Position numbers and translations under genes: made by a program. Below, piece by piece: positions 47,883-57,874 of a DNA stretch of 64,000 nt. The DNA lies in the NCBI GenBank assembly GCA_045657245.1, contig JAZOSQ010000053.1, positions 3,449 to 67,448 on the forward strand, written 5' to 3'. Every line of letters starts with the position of its first letter. The stretch's first letter is position 1. Origin of the DNA: Eubacteriales bacterium. Its GTDB lineage: Bacteria > Bacillota > Clostridia > Oscillospirales > CAG-382. A model generated the notes under the pieces. The model worked only from the letters and a program-made list of their open reading frames with translations, did not search any database and had not been told where the DNA came from.

Positions 47883-48150
47883 GACCATACAACCCATGTC
47901 GAACGCTGCTTCCGTCCGGAAACCGAAGGATTCTCTCGAAACAGGCACCCTTGCGGCACATCCGTATTTCTGTTTAATGCTGCTTGGTTCCCCACCTGAC
48001 ATATTTCACAGGTACGAATTGCGCAAGGACCCATCTCTCAACAAGACGCCTTCAGCGCAGCGACACAAACAAGGCCCTCAAAGGGTTTGTCATCCCCACT
48101 ATAGCGGATTGTGGGTACAAGGCACCGCTAACTCCCCGATTAGTATGGCC
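47883..48150 (-). ncRNA. ffs: signal recognition particle RNA, large Bacillus-type (with Alu domain)
   Basis: The minus strand reads ...CGGGGAGUUAGCGGUGCCUUGUACCCACAAUCCGCU... (Alu-domain-like) and ...GUCAGGUGGGGAACCAAGCAGC...GUGCCGCAAGGGUGCCUG (domain IV motifs). The 5' end GGCCAUAC pairs with the 3' end GUAUGGUC. Its position upstream of dnaX is conserved in Firmicutes. End coordinates are good to about 10 nt. Confidence 0.8.
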
Positions 48151-48177
48151 ATATTTTATATCTCATTAACTTTTCAT

Positions 48178-48206
48178 ATTATAACATACAGCAACTTAAT
48201 TTTCAA
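48178..48206 (-). promoter_or_regulatory. candidate promoter of the SRP RNA
   Basis: On the minus strand: TTGAAA, 17-nt spacer, TATAAT. It lies about 27 nt upstream of the mature-looking 5' end, which implies precursor processing. Confidence 0.5.
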
Positions 48207-48258
48207 GTATTTTAATATAGTTTTTAGAATAATATTACCTTCAGTTTTATTAATGTAA

Positions 48259-48287
48259 TTGACATTTTTGTTATTATAATATATAAT
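48259..48287 (+). promoter_or_regulatory. candidate consensus sigma-A promoter for the DUF2812-like gene and hprK
   Basis: TTGACA, 17-nt spacer, TATAAT. Confidence 0.6.
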
Positions 48288-48323
48288 AAGATGTTCAAGT
48301 ATACAAATTGCATGGAGGTATTT

Positions 48324-49019
48324 ATGGAAAAAACATTCTATAGAATTTTCCCTTCTAAAACTTCTGAATGTAAGTGGCTCAATAAATTAGGAAATATGGG
48401 TTATTTGCTAAAATCAAAGAATAAAGGAAAATATGTTTTCGATTTTAATAGAGATAAGAAATATTACTATTCCATAGAATATCTTGATATGGCGCCCAAA
48501 TCCTCGGATGCAAAAGCTTATATAGAATCCCGTGAAGCGAACGGGGAATATATTGTTGCGCTTAAAAGACATTGGGCGTATTTCCGCAAGGTTGGTTCGG
48601 GAATTGAGTTGTCAAAAGATGCATATAAAATGAATTGCGCTGTTTATTTTTGGCGTATGTTTTATCTTTACTTTTTTGCTGTTTGCAGTACGGTTGTCTG
48701 TGGCTATCAGACCTTTGCAATCGGATTTTTGGAACGCGTTTCGCTTGAAACAAGCGGACAGATCAGAGAATTTCTCGTTGTCGCGCCCAATCCCAATTTC
48801 TTCCAAGCAATAATTAACCTTTTCAGACGACTCATAAATTCGTTCCTTGAACTTTTGAATGTGTATTTTGCTCAATGCTCAAAGCTTTTTGGAGAAAGCG
48901 ACGCTGTTTCTGTCATTGCGATTCTCGCGCCTTTGGCGGTTTTGCTTTATGTTCTCGGAGCAATTAATCTCGATAAATACATACAAAACAAAATCGGAGT
49001 GAAGAAAAATGCAAAGTAA
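48324..49019 (+). CDS. DUF2812-like membrane protein
   Basis: N-terminal ECKWLNKLGNMGYLLKS...YVFDF pattern followed by TM helices. GGAGG RBS. It overlaps the hprK start by 11 nt. Confidence 0.5.
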   Translation: MEKTFYRIFPSKTSECKWLNKLGNMGYLLKSKNKGKYVFDFNRDKKYYYSIEYLDMAPKSSDAKAYIESREANGEYIVALKRHWAYFRKVGSGIELSKDAYKMNCAVYFWRMFYLYFFAVCSTVVCGYQTFAIGFLERVSLETSGQIREFLVVAPNPNFFQAIINLFRRLINSFLELLNVYFAQCSKLFGESDAVSVIAILAPLAVLLYVLGAINLDKYIQNKIGVKKNAK

Positions 49020-49953
49020 GCAATATAGCATTAAGTTATCCGAAGTTGCGAAAAAACATTCTTTTGAACCTATATATCTTCCCGAAAACTATGAAGATAT
49101 TTTTGTTTATCGTTCAGATATGTCACGTCCCGGTTTGCCATTGGCAGGATTTTTCGAATTTTTCGAAAATGAACGTATACAGCTTATCGGTAATATGGAG
49201 CACAGCTATCTTGCTTCGTTATCATCGGAAGACAGAAGAAAATCGCTCAAAGCATTCTTTGAACATAACGTAAAAGCGGTGGTACTCACTTCCTCATTGG
49301 ATGTTTTTCCCGAACTTTTAGAAGAAGCGCAGAATAGCAAGACCCCTTTGTTATTGTCAAAAACAACAACCTCTGCGCTGGTTGCCGCAATAACATCCGA
49401 TTTGTGTGTCTCTCTTGCTGAAAGAATCACTCAACACGGTGTTTTGGTTGAGGTTTACGGCGAAGGTGTTCTTATTCTCGGCGATAGCGGTATCGGTAAG
49501 AGCGAAACAGCAATCGAGCTCGTAAAGAGAGGTCACAGACTGATCGCCGATGACGCCGTTGAAATTAAACGTGTTTCGGCAATTACGCTTGTTGGCAGCG
49601 CACCCGAACTTATTCGCCACTATATCGAATTGCGCGGTATCGGCATTGTTGACGTTCGCCGTATTTTCGGTATGGGTTCGGTTAAACAGTCCGAAAAAAT
49701 CGACTTGATTATCAATTTCGAAAACTGGCAACAGGGAAAGGTTTATGACCGTTTCGGATTAGATTCCGAATATACGGAAATTTTGGGCATTAAAATACCT
49801 TCCATAACAGTGCCCGTCAAACCCGGCCGTAACCTTGCGGTTATTATCGAAATTGCCGCAATGAACCATAGACAGAAAAAGATGGGTTATAACACTGCTG
49901 AAGAATTCGAAAAGAAGCTTCAGGAACAAGCAATGAACCACATTGGAGGATAA
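49009..49953 (+). CDS. hprK: HPr kinase/phosphorylase
   Basis: Contains the GDSGIGKSE P-loop and the LIADD motif. The sequence IELRGIGIVDVRRIFG is also present. Confidence 0.9.
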   Translation: MQSKQYSIKLSEVAKKHSFEPIYLPENYEDIFVYRSDMSRPGLPLAGFFEFFENERIQLIGNMEHSYLASLSSEDRRKSLKAFFEHNVKAVVLTSSLDVFPELLEEAQNSKTPLLLSKTTTSALVAAITSDLCVSLAERITQHGVLVEVYGEGVLILGDSGIGKSETAIELVKRGHRLIADDAVEIKRVSAITLVGSAPELIRHYIELRGIGIVDVRRIFGMGSVKQSEKIDLIINFENWQQGKVYDRFGLDSEYTEILGIKIPSITVPVKPGRNLAVIIEIAAMNHRQKKMGYNTAEEFEKKLQEQAMNHIGG

Positions 49954-49954
49954 T

Positions 49955-50905
49955 ATGTATTATCTCGGAATCGATCTTGGCGGTATGTCGATAAAAGCAG
50001 GTATATGTGATGAAAACGGACATATTCTTCACAAAGACACCTGTCCGACGGTTCGCACACAAGACGGTGATAGAATTTTGAATGATATGGCTTCTCTTTC
50101 TTTGAAGGTTATTGCTGATGCGGGACTCGATGTGAAAGATATCGAATATGCGGGTATTGCATCTCCCGGAAGCGCCGACCAGGAAAACGGAACCATTATA
50201 TATGCTTCAACGTTGCCTTTCTTGAATTATCCCATTGTCGATAAATTCACTGAAATAACAGGTATTCAAAAAGTTTTCATTGAAAATGATGCAAATGCAG
50301 CCGCAAAAGGCGAAGCGACGTTTGGTGCAGCAAAAGGATGTAAAAACTCTCTCTTTATCACACTCGGAACGGGTGTCGGTGGTGGTATAATTATCGACGG
50401 TAAAGTTTATTCCGGTTTTAATTATTCCGGCGCTGAACTCGGACACATTGTTATCGTTAAAGATGGCAAGGAATGTTCTTGCGGAAGAAAGGGTTGCTTT
50501 GAGGCATACGCTTCTGCAACCGCATTGGTTGAGCTCACAAAAGAAAAGATGCTCGAAAATAAGAATTCTCTTATGTGGGCGCTTTGCGAAAACAATATTG
50601 ATAACGCGAACGGAAAGACAGCATTTGACGCAATGAGAAAAGACGATGCTGTTGCAAAAGCTGTTATCGATGAATACATTCAATATCTCGCATTGGGTGT
50701 TGTAAATTTGATTAACGTGTTCCAACCCGAAGTTTTAAGTATCGGTGGCGGAATCAGCAAAGAAGGGGATACGTTGATTGAACCCATAAAAGAAATCGCG
50801 GAACGCGAACAATATTCGCGTCACTGTGATAAAAAAACTATAATTAAAACAGCGGCATTAAGCAACGATGCGGGAATCATCGGTGCCGCTTCACTTGGCA
50901 AATAA
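49955..50905 (+). CDS. glk: ROK-family glucokinase
   Basis: GIDLGGMSIK N-terminus, a ROK signature region and a CSCGRKGC zinc motif. The ATG follows a GGAGGA RBS. Confidence 0.8.
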   Translation: MYYLGIDLGGMSIKAGICDENGHILHKDTCPTVRTQDGDRILNDMASLSLKVIADAGLDVKDIEYAGIASPGSADQENGTIIYASTLPFLNYPIVDKFTEITGIQKVFIENDANAAAKGEATFGAAKGCKNSLFITLGTGVGGGIIIDGKVYSGFNYSGAELGHIVIVKDGKECSCGRKGCFEAYASATALVELTKEKMLENKNSLMWALCENNIDNANGKTAFDAMRKDDAVAKAVIDEYIQYLALGVVNLINVFQPEVLSIGGGISKEGDTLIEPIKEIAEREQYSRHCDKKTIIKTAALSNDAGIIGAASLGK

Positions 50906-50915
50906 CGGAGTTAAG

Positions 50916-53240
50916 ATGTCACATATTATTGATACAGAAGTCAAATATCTAAATACGATTGCATTAAGAGGGATTGTAATTTTCCCCGGTTCGACGGCAA
51001 GTTTCGAAATCGGGAGAAAAGCTTCTATAAATGCATTAAAGAACGCTGAAGCAAACGACGAACCGATATTTCTCGTTCCTCAAGTTGATGCTTCGATCAT
51101 CAAACCGCTTGAGATCGATTTGATACGCACCGGTGTAATCGCTCGTGTTGTTCATACTGCACGTTTGCAGGACGGTGCAATACAAGTTGTTGTCGAAGGT
51201 ATTCGTCGCGCAGAGCGCGAAAATACGCTCATCACGGATGATTTAATTAAATGTTCCGTAAAGACAAAGGAAAGAAGAAAGATTTCTTCTTTTGCTCAAG
51301 AAAAATCAGCTGTAAAAGAACTGTACGAGGTTTTTTCGGAATATCTTAACTATATTGCAAAACCGTCCGAAGAAATCATCGAAGAAGTAAATAACATTAC
51401 CGATTCTTCGCAGGTTGCGGACTTTCTCGCGAGTAATTTCGTCGTTAATTTCGACGAGCGTATCCAACTTCTTGAAGAATATGACACAACGAAGAGAATC
51501 AAAAAATTGACAGAGATATTCCAAAAAGATATCGAGATTTTTAACGTTGATAATAAAATTCATCAAAAGGTACGTTACACTCTTCAGAAACAGCAAAAGG
51601 ATATTTATCTCAGAGAACAGATTCGTGCTATCAAGAACGAACTTGGCGATGAATCTGCCGATATGGAAGATGGCGACGAGCTTTATTCCAAGATAAAGAA
51701 TGCGAAAATCCCGAAAGAAATTCAGGAAAAGCTTTTGGCAGAAAACGCAAAGCTTTCGAAAATGCCTTTCGGTACACCCGAAGCAACAGTTATTCGAAAT
51801 TATATCGAGGTGTGTCTTGAGCTTCCTTGGGACAAGAAAACAAAAGACAGAATCGATGTCGTTGCGGCGAAAAAGATTCTCGACAAGGATCACGACGGCA
51901 TCGAGAAGGTCAAAGAAAGAATTATTGAATTTCTTGCAGTTAAGCAATTAAAACCAGACTTAAAGGGTCAGATTCTTTGTTTTATTGGCCCTCCCGGTGT
52001 CGGTAAGACCTCTATTGCGAAATCTATTGCGAAAGCAACAAACAAGAATTTTGCGCGAATTTCGCTTGGCGGTATTCGTGACGAGGCGGAAATCAGAGGC
52101 CACAGAAGAACCTATATTGGTTCGATGCCGGGGCGTATTATAAATGCACTTAAACTTGCAGGTTCATCGAATCCCGTTATACTCTTCGATGAGCTTGATA
52201 AACTCACAAGAGATGCTCACGGAGATCCTGCGAGTGCAATGCTTGAAGTCCTTGATTCCGAACAGAATAATGCGTTTCGTGATAACTTCATTGAAATTCC
52301 GATTGATTTGTCTGAATGTTTGTTTATCGCGACGGCGAACACACTTGATACTATTCCTGCACCGCTGTTGGATAGACTTGAAGTTATCAACATGAATAGC
52401 TATTCAGATAATGAGAAAATAGCGATAGCTAAAAATCATCTAATTCCGAAGCAAATCAAAGCCCACGGCCTAAAAGCATCGCAAATTAAGTTTTCTGACG
52501 AAGCAATCACTGAACTAATTGCTTCCTACACTCGTGAAAGCGGTGTCAGAAACCTCGAACGCGAAATCGCGTCTATCTGTCGCAAGACGGCAAAAATGAT
52601 CGTAGACGGCGAAAAGAAGGCCTTTATAAACGTCGATATGGTTCATTCGATGCTAGGTCCTGCGAAATTCTTGCCCGATCATATTTATGACAAAGACGAG
52701 GTTGGCATTGTTAACGGATTGGCTTGGACCTCAGTCGGCGGCGACGTTCTTCGTATTGAATGTAGCTCTATGTCGGGTAACGGTAAACTTGAGTTGACGG
52801 GTCACTTGGGTGACGTTATGAAGGAAAGCGCAAAAGCTGCTGTCAGTTACATTAGAAAACATTCAAAGTCGCTTGGTGTTGACGAAAAATTCTATGAAAA
52901 TCGCGATATACACATCCACGTACCGGAAGGAGCAATACCGAAAGATGGTCCTTCCGCTGGTATCACTATTGCAACGGCATTGCTTAGCGAACTGTCGGGA
53001 AGAAGCGTCAAACGTGACGTTTGCATGACGGGAGAAATAACGCTTACGGGTAGAGTACTTCCCATCGGCGGTTTGAAAGAAAAGTCGATGGCAGCGTATA
53101 AATGCGGCGCAAATAAGGTTATCATTCCTTTCGAAAACGAACAAAACATATATGAATTTGATGCGGAGGTTAAAAACGCAATAGAATTTATTCCGGTTAA
53201 GCATATTTCCGAAGTTTTTGACATTGCGTTGAATAAATGA
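50916..53240 (+). CDS. lon: ATP-dependent protease Lon (endopeptidase La)
   Basis: A LON N-terminal domain, GPPGVGKTS, and a protease domain with PKDGPSAGIT. Confidence 0.95.
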   Translation: MSHIIDTEVKYLNTIALRGIVIFPGSTASFEIGRKASINALKNAEANDEPIFLVPQVDASIIKPLEIDLIRTGVIARVVHTARLQDGAIQVVVEGIRRAERENTLITDDLIKCSVKTKERRKISSFAQEKSAVKELYEVFSEYLNYIAKPSEEIIEEVNNITDSSQVADFLASNFVVNFDERIQLLEEYDTTKRIKKLTEIFQKDIEIFNVDNKIHQKVRYTLQKQQKDIYLREQIRAIKNELGDESADMEDGDELYSKIKNAKIPKEIQEKLLAENAKLSKMPFGTPEATVIRNYIEVCLELPWDKKTKDRIDVVAAKKILDKDHDGIEKVKERIIEFLAVKQLKPDLKGQILCFIGPPGVGKTSIAKSIAKATNKNFARISLGGIRDEAEIRGHRRTYIGSMPGRIINALKLAGSSNPVILFDELDKLTRDAHGDPASAMLEVLDSEQNNAFRDNFIEIPIDLSECLFIATANTLDTIPAPLLDRLEVINMNSYSDNEKIAIAKNHLIPKQIKAHGLKASQIKFSDEAITELIASYTRESGVRNLEREIASICRKTAKMIVDGEKKAFINVDMVHSMLGPAKFLPDHIYDKDEVGIVNGLAWTSVGGDVLRIECSSMSGNGKLELTGHLGDVMKESAKAAVSYIRKHSKSLGVDEKFYENRDIHIHVPEGAIPKDGPSAGITIATALLSELSGRSVKRDVCMTGEITLTGRVLPIGGLKEKSMAAYKCGANKVIIPFENEQNIYEFDAEVKNAIEFIPVKHISEVFDIALNK

Positions 53241-53241
53241 T

Positions 53242-53865
53242 ATGGAAATGTCTTTTGGCGGTGTTAACCTCCATAAAACAGACCTAAAAATAACTGCGGG
53301 GCTCCCTTGGCAGTTAATAAAAGACGGTGTACCGCAGATTGCTTTTGTCGGAAGATCGAATGTTGGTAAGAGTTCGCTTATCAATTCTCTTCTCGGCAGA
53401 AAGAAACTTGCAAGAGTATCTTCCGAACCCGGTAAAACGATTACTGTCAACTATTATGAGGTTGACAAGAAGTTATTTTTGGTTGACCTTCCCGGTTATG
53501 GGTTCGCGAGACGAGCAAAAAGTGATATTACGAAATGGTCTTCGCTTACCGAACATTATTTTGTTGACAACAATGCATTGACTTATGTTTTGCAGTTGAT
53601 AGATATTCGTGTCGGCATCACCGAAGATGATAAAATGATGTTGAGCTATCTCGACCATTACGGATTACCCTATATGGTCGTTGCTACAAAATGTGATAAA
53701 CTCAATAAAACGCAGCTTAACGAAGCTTGTTCGAAGCTTCTTTCGAGCGGGTTATTACGCAGTAATACCGAAGTTTTGCTCTATTCGTCCACAAAAGGAA
53801 TCGGTAGGGAAGCGCTTTGGCAAAGAATTCTCGATTGTACTCTCGGAGGAGAAAATGCTTTATAA
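53242..53865 (+). CDS. engB: ribosome-biogenesis GTPase YihA/YsxC (EngB)
   Basis: GRSNVGKSSLIN, DLPGYG and TKCDK motifs, in the conserved lon-engB order. Confidence 0.9.
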   Translation: MEMSFGGVNLHKTDLKITAGLPWQLIKDGVPQIAFVGRSNVGKSSLINSLLGRKKLARVSSEPGKTITVNYYEVDKKLFLVDLPGYGFARRAKSDITKWSSLTEHYFVDNNALTYVLQLIDIRVGITEDDKMMLSYLDHYGLPYMVVATKCDKLNKTQLNEACSKLLSSGLLRSNTEVLLYSSTKGIGREALWQRILDCTLGGENAL

Positions 53866-55150
53866 TAATATATCTGTTTTAGAAAACGGACATCTTGCTT
53901 TTTCAGAAGTAGACGTCGTTTCGTTAGCAAACAAATACGGCACACCGCTTTATCTTACCGATGAAGCAAAAATCCGTAAAAATTGCCGTGAATATAGGGA
54001 AGCGGTCAGGAAATATTTCGGTGAAGAAAGTCTTCCTCTTTATGCAAGTAAATCGCTTTGTTACAAAGATATTTATCGTATTATAAACGAGGAAGGTCTT
54101 GGAACTGACGTTGTTTCTGGCGGTGAACTTTATACTGCGTTAAGCGTTGGCTTTCCCGCGGACAAAATCTATTTCCATGGCAACAATAAAACGGAAGCTG
54201 AAATCGTTTACGCTTTGAAGAATAATATCGGCGGATTTGTTGTCGACAATTTTGATGAATTATATTTCTTGAATGCCGAAGCGGGAAAACAGAACAAAGT
54301 TCAAAATATCATTCTTCGTCTTTCTCCCGGCATTGACCCTCATACACATCGTGCGGTTGCGACGGGTAGCGTTGATTCGAAATTCGGCACAGCGATTGAA
54401 ACGGGTCAAGCATTAGAGATTGTTGAAGCAGCTTTGAAGTGCGAAAACATTAATCTCGAAGGTATTCATTGTCATATCGGTAGCCAGATTTTCGATAAGT
54501 TCCCCTTTACCGACGCGGCGAAGATAATGCTTGATTTTGCGCTTGACGTTAAGAATAAGCTTGGTTATTCGTTCAAGAAAATCAATCTTGGGGGCGGTAT
54601 CGGCGTAAGATACACAGAAGATGACCCCGACGTCACGATTGATGAGATTATGAGCGAAATTAAAAACGAGCTTGATAAGCTCGTTTCAGAAAGAGGTCTT
54701 GAAAGACCGATATTCCTTTTTGAAATGGGAAGATACATCTGTGCGAACGCGGGAATGACGTTATATACTGTCGGATCCGTTAAAAAGATTACGGGCTATA
54801 AGAACTACGTTTGTGTTGACGGCGGTATGTGTGACAACCCGAGATATGCGTTGTATCAATCGAAATACACTGTTTACAATGCAAGTAAAGCAAACACAGA
54901 AAGAACGTGTGTTGCGTCTGTTGCGGGTCGTTGCTGCGAAAGCGGTGACCTTATCGGTGAAGATATGAATCTTCAGGAGTTTGAACGTGGTGACGTTATG
55001 GCTGTTGCCGTAACCGGTGCATATAACTATTCGATGTCGTCGAATTATAACAGAGTTCCTAAACCCGCTATGGTTTCTGTTTGTAACGGCAAAGAAAAGC
55101 TTGTTATCAAACGCGAAACATACGAAGATATGATCAAAAACGAAATTTAG
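53855..55150 (+). CDS. lysA: diaminopimelate decarboxylase
   Basis: YGTPLYL N-terminus, the PLP-dependent decarboxylase fold and a CESGD motif. The ATG follows a GGAGGA RBS. The ORF-track 5' extension overlapping engB was trimmed. Confidence 0.9.
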   Translation: MLYNNISVLENGHLAFSEVDVVSLANKYGTPLYLTDEAKIRKNCREYREAVRKYFGEESLPLYASKSLCYKDIYRIINEEGLGTDVVSGGELYTALSVGFPADKIYFHGNNKTEAEIVYALKNNIGGFVVDNFDELYFLNAEAGKQNKVQNIILRLSPGIDPHTHRAVATGSVDSKFGTAIETGQALEIVEAALKCENINLEGIHCHIGSQIFDKFPFTDAAKIMLDFALDVKNKLGYSFKKINLGGGIGVRYTEDDPDVTIDEIMSEIKNELDKLVSERGLERPIFLFEMGRYICANAGMTLYTVGSVKKITGYKNYVCVDGGMCDNPRYALYQSKYTVYNASKANTERTCVASVAGRCCESGDLIGEDMNLQEFERGDVMAVAVTGAYNYSMSSNYNRVPKPAMVSVCNGKEKLVIKRETYEDMIKNEI

Positions 55151-56094
55151 AATAATGACAAGAAGTTGGGTTTCTTGGCTGTGACGGTCAAACCGTCGAG
55201 ATAGCTAAGAAGCCCGATTTTTTTGCATCCGTCGAACTTCAAAGAATAAGCACAAAGTGCCTGAGATTTATAACCTAATTCACGGTCTTTTTTGTTTACG
55301 GCATATTTGCCGTCGCCGAGAAGAGGATGACCAAGATGGGCGAACGTGGCTCTTATCTGGTGGGTTCTGCCTGTGATGAGCTCAATTTCGAGCAAAGAAA
55401 ACATACGGTCGCGAGTAATTGAGATGGTTTTGTATTTCGTTATAGCAGTTTTTGCGTTTCTTGTTTTTGAGTTCTTGACATAAACTGTGTTATTGTCTTG
55501 GTTCTTTTCGAGAAATAGTTGAATTGAATCTTCCTTTTTATCAAGAACACCATGAACCACCGCGAGATATTTTTTTTCTATCATTCTATCTTTGATGATT
55601 TGATTCATTTCTCTCAAAGCTTCGGCGTTCTTTGCTGCAATAACAAGCCCCTCTGTGTTTCTGTCGATACGATTACAAAGCGCAGGAGCGAAGCTTTGCT
55701 CGTCAGCAGGGGAGTAATCCCCCTTTTTAATAAGATATGCGGTGATGCGGTCAATAAGGGTATCTGTATCGTTGCTGTCGTCGGAGTGAACCAACAAACC
55801 TGCTTCTTTATCGACAATAAGAATATTTTCGTCTTCATATGCGACAGAGATATTTGCATTTGTTGTTATCTGCTTTTTCGGAGCGTCGGATAAAACATCT
55901 TCGGGCGCGAAAATCAGAACAAGATCGCCTTCGGACAAAATATAGTTCTCTTTTGTCCTCTTTCTGTTAACGGTAATCTTCTTTTTTCTGATTAGCTTAT
56001 AGAGCATAGAGAAGGGCATGTTCTTATATTTTTTTGTGATGAATTTATCTATACGTTGTCCGGAATCGTTTTTCGAAATAATAATTTCTTTCAT
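55147..56094 (-). CDS. RluA-family 23S rRNA pseudouridine synthase (RluD/RluC-like, with S4 domain)
   Basis: The S4-like N-terminus and the catalytic motif HRIDRNTEGL identify the family. A C-terminal block GRTHQIRA is also present. Confidence 0.85.
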   Translation of the reverse strand: MKEIIISKNDSGQRIDKFITKKYKNMPFSMLYKLIRKKKITVNRKRTKENYILSEGDLVLIFAPEDVLSDAPKKQITTNANISVAYEDENILIVDKEAGLLVHSDDSNDTDTLIDRITAYLIKKGDYSPADEQSFAPALCNRIDRNTEGLVIAAKNAEALREMNQIIKDRMIEKKYLAVVHGVLDKKEDSIQLFLEKNQDNNTVYVKNSKTRNAKTAITKYKTISITRDRMFSLLEIELITGRTHQIRATFAHLGHPLLGDGKYAVNKKDRELGYKSQALCAYSLKFDGCKKIGLLSYLDGLTVTAKKPNFLSLF

Positions 56095-56418
56095 AAAGAC
56101 CTCGCGTTCTTATTTACAAGAGGATTTTAACATTAAAAGAAAGAATTTTCAATAGTTTAAGGAAAATACATTTTGTGCAATATGTCGTTTTTATAAATAC
56201 TCGACATTTTATAGAAAGCACATCCGCGACAATATATTGTGACTGCAAAATCGTTTAACACAAAATAATGTAGAGGTTACGAGTGTTAACATAATGCGGT
56301 ATACATAATTCGTTGTGATAATCACTAATTTTGAATTAGTTTTGCAAAACCCCTTGCAATTAAAAGAGATTTGTATTATTATATACTTTGCACGGAATAT
56401 GACTTGGAGGTACATAAT

Positions 56419-57252
56419 ATGTCACGTTGCGAACTTAAATGCAAAAAAATGCTTTTTATCGGCAGCGGAAACATTGCAAAAGCGGTCGCTTTTGGACTCG
56501 TATCGACCAAAACTGTGCCTGCGGAATTTATTACTGTTTATAATCGTAACGATAATAAATTCGATTCATTTAGAAAAATGGGTATCAATACTTCTTTGGA
56601 TCTTATCGAAGCAACCAAAGACGTCGATATGATTTTTCTTGCGGTAAAACCTGCCGTTGTAAAAGATGTTATGCACCAACTTGCTAATATCGAAGGTTTG
56701 TTGGACAGGGTTGTCATTATTTCGTTCGCGGCTTCGGTTACTATTCAACATATTGAAAAATATGCTAAAAAGGAACTTGCTGTCATTCGTACAATGCCAA
56801 GCACTCCGATTTCTATCGGTGAAGGTGTTATTTCGATTTGCAAAAACGAACGTGTTTCTGCCAAGGATTTCCAATATTTTTGCAGAACTATGTCTTCCAT
56901 TGCACACGTTGCAATTGTTGATGAAGCTAATATGAACCCGATTATTTCGGTTCATGGCTCTTCTCCTGCTTATGTTTATCTCTTTGTTAAGGCAATGCTT
57001 GATGCATCCGAAAAGCAGGGGATTGACCGTAATACAGCGTTACCGTTGATATTAAAAACGATCAAGGGCTCTGTTTCAATGATTGAAAAAAGCTCTGACT
57101 CGATCGAAACTCTTATAAATAACGTTGCTTCTCCGAACGGAACCACTCTTGCTGCGTTAAACTCGTTTGCGGAAGATGATTTTTGCGGTACTGTCGAACG
57201 CGCAATGGATGCATGTACAAAACGAGCTAATGAAATTTCGAGTGAATTGTAA
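56419..57252 (+). CDS. proC: pyrroline-5-carboxylate reductase
   Basis: FIGSGNIAKA NAD(P)-binding motif and a C-terminal P5CR dimerisation region (SPNGTTLAAL). GGAGG RBS. Confidence 0.85.
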   Translation: MSRCELKCKKMLFIGSGNIAKAVAFGLVSTKTVPAEFITVYNRNDNKFDSFRKMGINTSLDLIEATKDVDMIFLAVKPAVVKDVMHQLANIEGLLDRVVIISFAASVTIQHIEKYAKKELAVIRTMPSTPISIGEGVISICKNERVSAKDFQYFCRTMSSIAHVAIVDEANMNPIISVHGSSPAYVYLFVKAMLDASEKQGIDRNTALPLILKTIKGSVSMIEKSSDSIETLINNVASPNGTTLAALNSFAEDDFCGTVERAMDACTKRANEISSEL

Positions 57253-57293
57253 TATTTTTTGCTTGTCCGCATATACCTTTAACGGTGATATGT

Positions 57294-57869
57294 ATGACTT
57301 CAAATCAAATTACAGCGCTTACGATTTATAAAGAACCCAAACAGAAGAAACAGTTCTTCGTTAAAACTTCACTCGTTGCAGTTGAATTTTTCAATCAAAG
57401 AAAGAAATATATTTTCTTATTTTCTGTTTTGTTTGTTTCTTCGTTTCTGTTTTTTGGATCTTATTTATCGATATATCCGAACTTATATTCTTTTGCCATT
57501 AATATATCAGAACGGTTTTTCTCGCAAAAGATATTTGTTTTATTTCTTTTCGCATCGTTGATTTTTGGCTTTACATTATTTTCTAAAATCGTGACATCGA
57601 TTTCCGCACTTTGTACTGCGTTGTGTTTGGGCATCTATTCATCACTGTTTTTGAACGCTGATGTTTATATAGTTTTCTTTCTTTCTATATGCACTTTGAT
57701 TTTTATCGTTTTTTATTCGGACGTACTGTTTTTTTCAAAAATGTTGATAAGGAACAGAAAAAGAATCAAATTCATTGATGGTTTATATTTCACTCTGCGA
57801 TTCGTTATTACGCTATCGTTGATTGATTTTCTAGTGTATAAAATATCAAATTATTATATGATAGGATAA
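57294..57869 (+). CDS. hypothetical polytopic membrane protein (possibly SpoIIM-like)
   Basis: A roughly 190-aa F/L-rich protein with 4-5 TM helices, directly upstream of xerD. The SpoIIM suggestion rests only on topology and context. Confidence 0.35.
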   Translation: MTSNQITALTIYKEPKQKKQFFVKTSLVAVEFFNQRKKYIFLFSVLFVSSFLFFGSYLSIYPNLYSFAINISERFFSQKIFVLFLFASLIFGFTLFSKIVTSISALCTALCLGIYSSLFLNADVYIVFFLSICTLIFIVFYSDVLFFSKMLIRNRKRIKFIDGLYFTLRFVITLSLIDFLVYKISNYYMIG

Positions 57870-57874
57870 TTCAA

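Noticed and set aside
53681-53854. The 5' extension of the lysA ORF, which overlaps engB in another frame. Similar extensions occur at 42054-42209, 50868-50915, 56371-56418 and 37537-37599.
   Set aside because: The extensions have no RBS and overlap the upstream genes or promoters. Internal ATGs with strong GGAGG-type RBSs give canonical N-termini.
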